From NCBI RefSeq assembly GCF_018977255.1, contig NW_024704742.1, positions 132,558,001 to 132,622,000 of the forward strand: a stretch of DNA of 64,000 bases. The letters run 5' to 3'. Shown in pieces: positions 12,207 to 23,085 of the stretch. The position numbers and the translations under genes were made by a program. Numbering within the stretch: position 1 is the stretch's first letter; every line of letters begins with the position of its first letter. This DNA comes from Callorhinchus milii. Taxonomy: Eukaryota. The notes under the pieces were generated by a model. The model was not told the origin of the DNA, did not search any database, and was given only the letters and a program-made list of their open reading frames with translations.

Positions 12207-15200
12207 AGTTTTGTTGTTGGAAAAAATCTGTTAAAACACCAAATAGTTATAATGTTATTATATTTTCCTCTTATGAACAATAGAAAACTGAAGGCTTTGC
12301 TGAAATGATAGTTATCTTCCCTTAATGTATTTGGCAAATAAAAATATGTATCACTTTTATTGCCGTGATTCTTCAGGGTAGTTAGATCTATTTCTATTCT
12401 ATTTCGTATCACAGACACCAGCGAGGAGAAAGCAGAGAAATTGTGTTTATTTTTCAAAATTGCATTTTTCGGGGAATTGAGGGATGAACTACAGAAACAC
12501 ACTTGACACAGATCTCCTTTCCCACACGCACCATGTTGAAAATTATTAAAAAGCAGAAGGGCAGTGTGGTGAACTGCCTGAGAAAAATAAGAAAAATATA
12601 GGGTTATTTCTGGTGCAGAGACTGAAGCAGTTTTCACCATCTGAATCTCTACTATAGTGGCATCATTTATTTTACTGGAGAAAGCTCCTCAAGGTTTCAA
12701 GCGGCAATTTTGCTTCTAGACACCAAAGCTAAAGCCCAAATTATACTGATTATAACCTTGATTCAGAATCATTTTCACGTTCACTCAATGACAAGAGGTT
12801 CAGTAGGAACATGGGGTAATAAACTGAAACTAAACACATCTGGTGTAAGGGGAGGGGAGAGGTCCTGTTGCTTATATCACTCGGTACCTGCAAAATACAC
12901 ATTCTGATGGTCTTTTTCTCGAAAAAAAACTACAAATCTTACAATTATAAACCTTGCACATTATAAACTGGAATTATTTTTGTTGTTGAGATGTGTTTTG
13001 GATACCCAGCATTCATTAAGAAACCCCAACCCCCCCCCCAATCAAATATTACATGGCACCCTGCAAAGTAAAGCTCCCTCTATTCTGTGACCTAACCCCA
13101 GCTTATAGTATCAGCTTATTACACCAGTCCTGTACTAGTTTTTGTGGCTTGAGACACTGATTGCCAATTTGTGATGAGTTGTAAGAAAATTGTGTACTGA
13201 TTCAAAACTCCGCCGCCCAAATACTCACCCTCACAAAACTCCGTACCCCCATCACACCAGTCCTTGCCAGGCTCCACTGGCTCCCAATTACCGAACTGAT
13301 CGATTTTAAAATCCTCTCACTCGTTTTCAAATCCCTTCATGCCCTCGCACCTCCCGACCTGTCCTACCTGCTTACCCCCCACTCCACCATCCGCTGCCTC
13401 CACTTGTTGGCTCTGGAACAACTATTTGTCGCTCGTGCCCTCCGCTCCGTGCTTTCAGCCACTACGCCCCGAAGCTCTGAAACTTCCTCCCTCAATCCCG
13501 CCACCTTGCCCCCTCCCTCACCACTTTAAAATCCCTCCTAAAGACTTTCCTTTTTAATCGTGCTTACAGTCACCTCCCCCTCCCTCTCCCCCTGGCTCAG
13601 GGTCACTCTGCTACTGTCAAGTGCTCCAGGACACTCACCCTTGTGAAGGGCATTATATAAATGTAAGTTGTTGTTGTTGATACACTAGTGTTGGGAAATA
13701 CTAGGTTCAGACTTAAGAAACAAGTGTCAGGCAAACATGTTTATTAAAGGTTTGGTTCAACCCAAAGTCCCAGGCACAAATGTAACACAAGTACATTGTC
13801 ACAACTACCTTGAACATTCAGTTCCTACTAATCCAGAACTCCAGCTGAAAGCACTGCAAATACATAGTCACTGCACTCTACATCCTTTAAACACTATGTG
13901 TCATTCTGACGATGTGATAAGGCACTGACTGCATCAATTGCCAGGAGTATTATCATTATAAGTTACCTTAGTGGCATCTCCCTACCTCTCCGACCTACTC
14001 TCTCCTCATTCCACCACTTGACTGGCACCAGCCTCCTCGTCCCTTGCACCGTCCGCTCCACCATTGGAGGTCGCACCCTCAGCCACTACGCCCCGAAGCT
14101 CTGGAACACTCCCTCAATCCCTCCGCCTTGCCCCCTCTCCCCTTTTTCAAGTCCCACCTGTGCTTTTCCGACTGTACTTTACGGTCACCTCCCCCTAACC
14201 CCCGGCTCGGAGTCAGACTCCACCACTGTTTAGCGCTCTGAGACGCTACCCTGTGTAGAGAGTGCTATATAAGTGCAAGTTGTTGTTGTGTCTCTAATCA
14301 GCACAAAATCAACCAATTTTTCCATGCCAACTGTTCTCTATCACAACATAACTTACATTTATATAGCACCTTTCACGTTGGAGAGATGTTACAAATCGCT
14401 TGACACTGCTGAACTGGGGATGAGGGGAGAGCTGAGGAGAATAGGGGACGGGAAAAATGACCAAAGGCACAGTGGACAACACCCATTGTGCCTGCGAGAG
14501 AATGATTGGGTATCAGGAGAGTGGGGGACTGACTGACTGGGTTAAAACGGAAGAACAAGCGATGGCGTTCAGTGCCAATAAATCCAAATTACAGCAATAG
14601 CCATTGCTTTCAGGAGAGAAGAGAGATGAAAATTCCATCCCTCCTTTTCTCACCTGCCCCCTCCCCCCAAAAAAAACTCACAAATGATACAGTATCTGGA
14701 CCCACCAAAAGAAAAGATTACCTTGATACATCTGAAGGCAAGAGAAGAATGCTGCCTGTGAAGATGCCGCTTTAGCTGTCACTGTTCACTGTTGTGTTTG
14801 TGGTAGATAACAGTCGGCAGGGAGAACATTGGTTGATTTTGTGCCCACTAGGGACACTAAGGTAATTTATAATGTCAATATTCTCGCCAATTGATTCATT
14901 GCCTTATCACATCATCAAAATGTAACATTGTGGAATCCTGTAGAATATTGGTTAGAGCACTCGCCTCACACTGTTCACAACATCACAAAATTGGTTTGGA
15001 TAAAGAAGGTTCTTCGGCCTATCTGATCTCATCCTTCCAGAACACTCACCCTCTCCGATCTTCCCATCACAGCATCAAGCTGTTTTTTTCTACGAGTTCA
15101 ACCACCTCTCCTGGCAACCTGTTCCAGTCATTAATTACCCTCTGGGAAAAGAAAATCTGTATCTGTCTTGAAATTGCCCTTTGCAACTCTAAACCTGTAT

Positions 15201-16954
15201 CCTAATATTCTTGGTGCATCCTAAAGTGTTGTCCTGGGGTTTCCTTTTCCAATCCCTCTATGAGGTCCCCTCTGAGATGTCAGCTCAGGAATGAAGAGCT
15301 CCAGCTTGTCCGATCGTCACTCAGCCAAACCTGGAGTTAATTTCTCTCTGCCTGGTCTGTATGGACATTTCCTTGAGCAATAAGGCCATATTGCAAACCA
15401 CAACTGCTCATCCGCGTGTAGGTTTGCACATACACAATTAAGTGATGCTCTCTGGTGCTGCCGCTTCATCTTACCCACAGTGGGAAGACAATGAATCCCA
15501 CAGAACTGTACGCTCAGTACATGGAGCGAGCAGCTCTGTGACACCAATATGCTATCTATCAGATTGTTTCTATATTTAAATGAATTAACATTGTTTATTT
15601 CCCCAAGGTGCCTGGCAAATGATGGAGAAATGCGTTTCACACCGGGTGGGGAGATAAGAAGAAAAGATAAAATTAGTAAGTGTTGGATATCCAACAGCGG
15701 GTCAAACGACACTTAAAATAGAAAAGAGTCATTCAAATTTCGACCAAATCTCTTCACCAGAAGCAGAACGGAGGCTGGAAGAAGCCGTTTTGTATATAGG
15801 ATGCAGGAGAGGAACTTGGAGCTTGACCAGGCAAACATATATTGGAACAAACTTTAAAGATGGAAATACAGTAACCTCCTGAAAACTGGTCACTCCAAGG
15901 AAAAAGGGCTCAATGACGAGTTATCCCGAGTGGCGAGTTAGGCACATGTATAAATACATAAATGCAGCCGGCATATTGCGATGTTCAATTGACATCATGA
16001 CTTAAGCGGTAGTGACAAGTGAAGCCAGGGTTTAGTTATCAGGAATTTACTGCATTATAGCTTTGCCAAAGAGGAAGTGGGTAAACTCATCCTCGTCCAG
16101 TGCTGGGCTGTATAGACCAGGAAATTGTTGGTTAAAATACAGCCTGTGCCAAATTACCTTCTAACAGTGTCAAGAGCTACAATTAAGATCAGTATCGTTG
16201 CTGAGGTGAAAATCAATGGGTTTCTGCTTCTGATTGTTCTGCAGAGACTGCTACTGAAAAGAGTGTGGATGCTAATAATCTTCGCATTTGACGAGAGTCT
16301 TGTCAAGAGTTCTCACAGAGCTTCACAGGCTATACTGTAACTGTATTTTGAGGGGGAACACGGCAGGTAACTTGCGCACAGTAATATCCCACAAACAGCC
16401 ATGGGTACATCTGTGATACCATCATTACCCTAATTATTAGGCTCGACTGACTCTCCGGGGCATTGTTGGGGGAGCTATTAGCAAATTGGTTGCCATGCTT
16501 GCCTACAGAATGCACAGTCACTACATTCCACACTAAAATGCTGTAAAGCACTTATTGACGTGATGAGGGGCTATATCAAATTCAACAATTATATTATTAT
16601 TACAGCTGAACATTGTGCAAACACCCATTGCCAAAACATGAACAAAGGCCACTTGAGTGAGTTGATGAACCTTAGCAACAGCAGTAAAGAGGAGTTAATT
16701 ATCTTCAAGTGCGGAGGAGGAAGAGAAGAAAAGCGAATAGAAATGTATAGAAACTTTCTGCATTTTCACCCCATTTACCTCATGTCCATGCGACTGCCTG
16801 ATTTTCTAATCGGACAGAAAATATAAATTACTTTTATTTTAAAATATTTTATCTCAACGTGTGACATTTTCGTTTGCCCACCTAGATTATTGCGCCCATT
16901 AAATGCTTCTATGGTCATTCTTCAACAAAAAATATACGTAGTGGATAATACTCC

Positions 16955-17258
16955 GCCTGTGGCGTATTGGTTAGAGCACTCGCCTCACAAGCGAGAGTAC
17001 CCAGATTCAATTCCTGGCGGGGCAAAACCTTAGGCAAGTTTCTTTACTCCACACACTTCGTTTTACTGAGCAGTAAATAGGATCCCAGTTGTTAATCGAT
17101 TGGCGGATCACTTACAGTGGGTAATAAACCCTTAAAAAAAATTGGTCACTCAATCCACAACTGTTTGCTTTGCGCAATTAGCTTGCACAAAATAAGTGTT
17201 TTGAGATGTCTCAACGGCTTGATAAAGCACTACGTCAAATGCAAGCATTATTGTTGTT
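16955..17258 (+). mobile_element. CORE-type SINE, diverged
   Basis: Same head, body and tail as other copies. Confidence 0.8.
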
Positions 17259-18059
17259 CATAATAGTGAAACTTTTCATTTTGATGTAGTGAACTTGCTT
17301 TTCAAGTTCCAACCATGTATTAGAGTGTTCTTCAAGTGTTTATTGAACAAGGTGCCAACTCATTCCTAGCCTTAGGCAATATCCATTAATTGACTGGTTG
17401 ATTTGCACAAGGCTACGCAGCTAACCCATTCCGATATCTGACTGACCAGTGCCTTGGGACGTTCTCCCAACGTGAAAGGCGCTATACAAATAATATTTTA
17501 AAAATTTGTAACTTAATAATTTTCTTGAAAATAGTTATTTCTCCTAATTGGGGTTATATTATCACACTATCTCTCCATGCTATCTCCAAAACGCCCCTGG
17601 AAATGTTTGCACTCACTGTGTAAATTATGCTCCTGGGTCCATTTCTCCCCCCACTTCTCAGTTACCCTCCCCTCCCTCAGTCACCTGTGAGAACTGCCCT
17701 GAGATTTCATCCCAAAGTGAAAGGCATTTACTAATGTAAACTGCTACAGCAGTTTAACCTCTACAGAAGTCCAAAGTGTACAATATCAACTTGCATTTGT
17801 TCACATGGGGTAGCATCCCGGAGCACTTAGCGTAGTGTGGTAGTTTGAGCACTCGTCTCGCAAGTGTGAGGACCTGAGTTTGATTCCCGACTGGGGCAAA
17901 ACCTTAGGCAAGTTTCCACATGCCTCTGTTTACCTAGCAGTAAGTAGGAACCCTTCCTTCTTTCAAAGACCTTCCTATAAATACTGGAACTAAGTCAGAA
18001 GGAAATTGCCCTTTGTAGGATCCCTGACACAAAGAGGCAGGAGGCAGAGATGCACGACA

Positions 18060-18240
18060 TTGACAAGCTCAGTGTCCCAGTTTACGTTGGGTCGATTGAA
18101 GTCCCCATCAGTGCTACCTTATTTTTCTCACATAGATTAGCATACAGTCCGAAATGGACTCCTAATATTAGCATACAGTTCCGAGTCGTTCTCCCTGATT
18201 TGGCCAGGCGGTCGATAGCAAACCCCTTAGTCTAGCCTTT
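18060..18240 (-). mobile_element. CR1-type LINE endonuclease (APE) fragment
   Basis: Minus-strand translation gives GVCYRPPGQIRE and MGDFNRPNVNWDT, typical CR1 ORF2 endonuclease motifs. Confidence 0.75.
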
Positions 18241-18491
18241 TCCCTCGTTGAACACAACTAACCAGAAGATTTTGTACCATATGCTCCAAGCACCAACAAG
18301 CCACGCTTGAAGGGGGACTTGTAAGCATTGCAGATCAGACCCGTCAATGGAGTGAATGTCTCCCTAGGACAATAAACTGTATAGGATCTAATCCCCTTAT
18401 CTCCCCACTACCAGACAGCAGCTGTCTGTCGCTCACAGTGAAAAAAGGGGGGGACAGAAAACAGTAGCGAGTGCATCAATAGATATATATA

Positions 18492-18501
18492 TTTATTTAT
18501 T
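18492..18501 (-). terminator. Putative ENHO polyadenylation signal (two overlapping AATAAA)
   Basis: Plus-strand tttatttatt equals AATAAATAAA on the minus strand, followed by a U/GU-rich downstream element (ctgttttctgtcccccccttttttcactgtg). Implies a 3' UTR of about 1.85 kb. Confidence 0.5.
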
Positions 18502-19904
18502 TATATATAAATACTGTACTAGAAAAGAGATCAAAAGTGCAATTAAAGGTGGAGACAAGAGGCAGAAGGACAGCAAATTAACAGTGAATTATATAAGGTG
18601 ATCAAAGACAAGATTTTTCACCCCACCGCTCCACTAATTTGCTTTATACAAAGCTAAACAAACCCCCAGCAGGGTCTTGTGATCAGAGACATGTCAGGTC
18701 CCTGGTGTCACGCATTCTGGAAGCACATAGTCTGGAATCCGACAGCTGAACAGAGGGGAGAGGTGGGGGTGTGAGTCACTTTGTTACTGCACTTTTGATT
18801 TAATACTCTGGCATAAGGCATGTTGTAAATTACTTATTCGTCATATTCTGTGAAAACGATGTCTGAATCTTATTGCCATAGGTTGTTCATATATACAGTA
18901 TGTACACACACAAATACACTTTTTTTTAGATTGAAATAAAAACACCTTTTGACTGACTGGTCTCTTTAACAACAGCTCTCCTCCCATGTGGGTTTCTGTC
19001 CAGATTTCATTGCCTGACACCAATCGATCCCCTTTCTCCCCTCCTCCCTCTAGGCCCTGCCGGTAAAGCAAATCATCCCTCTAAAAGGGATTAATTCCCC
19101 ACTCGCTCAAATCCACAATTGCTTTCGCAAAGTGGCATAAAGTCTCTTGATGAAATGACTTGATCCTTTCAGTCGATGCTGCCTCTCTCTATCTCTCAGG
19201 GTTTGGGTGAAATTCCCACCTCATTCCAAGGGTCAGAGTCTGTCCCTTCTTACCCCCACCATCAAACTCCCTGTCCCTTCCTTACTACACACCCCCACCT
19301 CAAAGAAAACCCCCTTGCCGTTCATCTTAAATTTTTCCTCATTAAAAAAAAATGAGTCATTCAATTCACGACTGTTTGTGGGACAATGCTGTGCACAATT
19401 GGCTGTTGTGCCTTGGGATATCCTCCCGATGTGAAAGGCGCTACACAAATGTAATCTTGTTGTGTTTCACCCACAAAATACAGTCAACCCACTTTACAAT
19501 ATATTCTGTGAAGCGGCACTTTCAATGATGTGATAAGGCGCTATATCAAATGCAAGGATTATTATTATTATCTATCGACCCCTCTCCTCTGTCCTCTCCT
19601 ATTTTCCTCTCCCCTTCTCAACCTCAATCTGGTCATATTGGGCGGATTTCACACCCAATTGGGTGTTGTTATTTCTGTGTCAAAAAATACAGGTTGGGCA
19701 GGTACCTCATTTTTTAAAAATTAATTTAAACTGCAAAATGTGGATTTTTTTCCCTTTGAAATCCTTTCCTTATACAGTTTCAAAAAGCAGTAAAACCTAA
19801 ATTGGCTAGTCTGCTTACCCAATACATAATATTAGGCTAGTTGCGGGAGTTAGTATTTGGCTGACTTTGGGCTACAGAGTGTATTGTAATTTAACTCTAC
19901 TACA

Positions 19905-20232
19905 ATAGAGTCCCGCAAGTGAGAGGACCTGGGTTCGATTCCCAGGTGGGGCGAAACCTTAGGCAAGTTTCCTTACTCCACCCGCCTCTGTTTACTTAGA
20001 AATAAATAGGAACCGGTTGTTAGTCGATAGGCAGATCACTATTCGTGGGGGAAAATCCCTCAAAAAAAATTGTCACTCAATTCACAACTGTTTGTGGGAC
20101 ACTGCTGTGCGCAATTGGCTGCCGTGTTTTTCCCACAAAATACACAGTGAATCCACTTTACAATATATCAGGTGAAACGCTTTGAGACGTCTCAACCACG
20201 TGATAGGGCGCTTTATCAAAGCAAGGATTTAA
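19905..20232 (+). mobile_element. CORE-type SINE (antisense within predicted ENHO 3' UTR)
   Basis: gacctgggttcgattccc B-box, CORE-like segment and tail. Confidence 0.85.
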
Positions 20233-20338
20233 TATATATAATAGTAATCTTTGCATTTGATATATCTCTCTATAATATATATAGATAGAGATTATTTAAT
20301 ATCATTTCTGGCAAACCCTGACTTCCATATTCCCTGCA

Positions 20339-20530
20339 TCAGACCTTGAGCAAGCAATTTTCCTCGCCTTTGGTTCGTTTCTGCCCGTCCGCCAGGCTGG
20401 ACGCCTCCTGAGGGGTGGAGGGGGTCTTGCAAGCTTTGTACATCACAGCGAGGAGCAGAGCCATGAGCACTGACAACATGCAGTTCAGGACGATAGCGAC
20501 AATCGCTGCCGTGGACAAATCAGTGCTCAT
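20339..20530 (-). CDS. ENHO: Adropin (energy homeostasis associated) orthologue, 63 aa, whole CDS in one exon
   Basis: MSTDLSTAAIVAIVLNCMLSVLMALLLAVMYKACKTPSTPQEASSLADGQKRTKGEENCLLKV. Residues 1-34 align without gaps to recalled human adropin (MGAAISQGALIAIVCNGLVGFLLLLLWVILCWAC), and the C-terminus EENCLLKV resembles human EGSYLLQP. ATG has a purine at -3 and sits 31 nt after a strong acceptor. Syntenic with DNAI1 and RPP25L. Confidence 0.88.
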   Translation of the reverse strand: MSTDLSTAAIVAIVLNCMLSVLMALLLAVMYKACKTPSTPQEASSLADGQKRTKGEENCLLKV

Positions 20531-20561
20531 CCCTGCGAATCCACAGACAATTTCAGATATC

Positions 20562-20610
20562 CTTTGGAAGGAAAGAGAGGGAGGGAGGGAGAGAAAGAGA
20601 GAGAGAGAGA
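20562..20610 (-). other. Splice acceptor of the ENHO coding exon
   Basis: Minus strand reads a long (CT)-rich pyrimidine tract ...ttccttccaaag|gatatctg; the exon would start at 20561. Confidence 0.7.
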
Positions 20611-21264
20611 GGGGAGGGAAAGAGCAACCGAAAGGCGAAATGTGTCCAGTCTTTGTAGGAAGGCGTTTTTTCTTTATATGTATATATATATATATATAAA
20701 AAGTTTTCTTCTTTTCGCCCCCTCCTCTCCCGTCTCCCTCCACCCTCTCCTTTCCTCTTTTCCAGCAAGCTTTCCCCTGCCGCTTTGTCCAGCCAGCTCG
20801 GACCACACTATCTATACCCCTTTCGGGCTTTGGCTTGCAGGGTCAACAGGAGCTGGAAAGGTAACCAAGAAAGTCAGAGCAAAAAGTGGATCCACCAGAG
20901 AGGCAGAGGGGGAGATAGACCTTGAGACAAGTCCATTGGGTTCTCATTGCTGAGAGCAAAAAAACATGAAGCAATAAAACGACTTTCTCTCTTTTCTTTC
21001 TCTCTCTCTCTCACTCTATCTCTCTCTGACACACACACACACACACACTCACTAGATGTTCATCTCTCTTCCCCTCCTTGTTGCATTCAAGCCACGAGCA
21101 CAGATTTAAGTAGAGGATCAAATCCCAATGGGGTTGTTGTTGGTCCTTGGTCCAAAATTGGATGCAGAAAAGCAACAGCCCAGTATCAGCAGCAGAGAGA
21201 GAGAGAGTGGTTGAGTTCTTTCAATTCCTCCTCGATCCCTTCCCCTTCTCTGCACTGATCTCAC

Positions 21265-21426
21265 CAGACAATCTCGAAATAGTATCTATAAATACACACA
21301 GACACACAGACACAGTGTATATACAAATCCAGGGAAATCTCCAGATGTTCTCCCAGACTCCAAACAGAGTGAATGTCCAGCAGATCAGATCAGCCCACAA
21401 CCAGGTCACTGCAAGTCTTCTCCACC

Positions 21427-21461
<35 letters not shown>

Positions 21462-22100
21462 CTTTCTCTCTCCTCCTCCTCCTCCTCCTCCTTCTTCTTC
21501 TCCTCCTCCTCCTCCAGCTGCTGCTGCTGCGTTGTGTCTTCTTCCAAGTCCAGGCGAAAGCAAATGTGCTCCCACTTCACTTCTCTCGTGCTTTCACTTC
21601 GCTTTTTTGTTGTTGCATCTGCTGCACTTTGGGGGGGAGGGGGTGATCTGGGATGGGGGGGTGGGGGGGGTGGGTGGGATGGGGGGGGGTTTGGTCGAGG
21701 GTAGGGCGAGCCTTCAGCAGTTAGTTTGCAAAGAGAGGCTTCCCCCACATTGCACCCTTCATTGGGTACCCAGTGGGTTTGGTGCTGAGGATGGACTGGG
21801 TGGTGGGGTTGGGGTGGATGGGGTGGGGGTGGGATCCAGGCTGGAGAGAGTGAGTGGTGGTAGAGAGGACCAGTCTCTCTCTCTCTCTCTCTATCTGTCT
21901 GCTTTGCTCTTGGCAATTGAAAGCTCCTCTCACAGGCTTACAGTCTCACAAGCTGGATCCCTAGTTAAACCCTCCCTCAATTCCCTCTCTCTCTCTCTCT
22001 CTCTCCTCCTCCTGGAGGTGCTGGTGGGTTGGTAAAGCTGACAAGTGTTATTATCACTCCTCCTCCTCCTCCTCCTCTTCACTCTCCATTGGCCAAAGCT
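21265..22100 (-). promoter_or_regulatory. Candidate ENHO promoter and non-coding first exon
   Basis: CCAAT on the minus strand at 22088-22092; candidate donor ctg|gtgaga at 21265/21264; region free of SINE/LINE insertions and rich in simple repeats. Human ENHO also has a non-coding first exon. TSS not determined. Confidence 0.4.
21427..21530. repeat. Compound microsatellite (CT)n-(CCT)n-(CTT)n-(CTG)n
   Basis: Directly visible. Other simple repeats at 20570-20620 (GA), 20680-20697 (TA), 20985-21050 (CT/CA), 21873-21892, 21985-22012, 22057-22080, 29680-29712 (CA) and 42070-42110 (CA). Confidence 0.95.
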
Positions 22101-22231
22101 CCTGTTATTGACATCCTGCTGCAGAGAATTGACACAAGTATCTGACAGCTCATTTGTCACTGCGTCTGTTAATCACATTTTGCTGCAATTGCAATCTTTT
22201 TTTAATTAGAATCCCCCCCCCCGGCAATTGA

Positions 22232-22565
22232 TAATAATAATAATAATCCTTGCATTTGATATGGTGCCTTATCACATTTCCGAGACGTCTCAAAGCGCTT
22301 CACAGGATGTACCGTAAAGTGAATTGACTGTGGGCAAAACGCGGCAGCCAATTGCGCACAGCAGTGTCCCCACAAACAGTCGTGGATTGAAGTGACCAAA
22401 TTGTTATTGGTTTTTTTAAGGAATTATTATCCCTGGAAAAGCAATCAGCCCATCGACTAACAACCGGGTTCCTGCTTACTGCTAGGTCAACAGAAACGTG
22501 CGTAGTGAGGAAACTTGCCTAAGATTTCACCCAGGTCCTGTGGTTTGCACTAACCACTACGCTAT
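22232..22565 (-). mobile_element. CORE-type SINE
   Basis: Tail (TTA)n, body and degraded head. Confidence 0.8.
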
Positions 22566-22724
22566 GGGACGCCACAATATAACTCCTATCCTCCTTGGGA
22601 GAGGAGAGGGAATTGTGTATGTGGGTGCTGTTGAGGGGGAGGTAAGTGGGGTCTCTTTGGAGCTGAACTGTTTGGCAGAAAGTCAAAATCGAGTCCACCT
22701 TCGGTGGCGGTCTTGGTAGTCCGG

Positions 22725-23085
22725 TTCCTGAGCCAGGCAGGTCCGCATTATTCCAGGGCACTGCTGATGACAACACAGCCAGACTGGCTCATCGGCAGAA
22801 CCTGGAGGGGCATACCAGTCACTGAGAGCAAGGATTGCTCCCATTTAACTCCTATTAACGCTGCAAGCCAAAATAGGGTGGTCCTCGCTGGACAAACAGT
22901 GAGAAAGCTTGCAAGATAGCGCTCTCAACGGCAAGTTATGCAGTTTTAGCTGGTTAGACTCCAGCACTCGTGGTCCCCCAAACCTCGGCTCTTGCCAACC
23001 TGCGCTTAATGCTCTCCGGAATTAGGGAAATTACAGACACGGGGAAATGTCCATGTGTAGGTGGCATACAGAACGCTCAGTTTGA
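22725..23085 (+). repeat. Unclassified old interspersed repeat (other copies 1540-1905 -, 9203-9480 +, 24711-24860 +, 27420-27630 +)
   Basis: Shared colinear blocks gagcagggatt / ctgcaagccaaa / ctggacaa.cag / gttttagctggttagactccagca / atttccatg.gtag.tgggatgcatgga. Confidence 0.75.

Noticed and set aside
12110..12640. 176-aa minus-strand ORF
   Set aside because: Antisense to the DNAI1 3' UTR and downstream region, AT-rich, with no recognisable domain or splice support.
14722..14847. Possible minus-strand exon (tag|tgggcac ... caag|gtaatc)
   Set aside because: All three frames contain stops; the segment is better explained by the inverted repeat.
20531..20806. N-terminal 92 codons of the 155-aa ORF as part of ENHO
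   Set aside because: GTG start, runs through (TA)n and (CT)n microsatellites and across a strong splice acceptor; homology begins at the ATG at 20530.
21781..21788. REST/RE1 site near the ENHO promoter
   Set aside because: Only the TCAGCACC half-site is present; the GGACAG half is missing.
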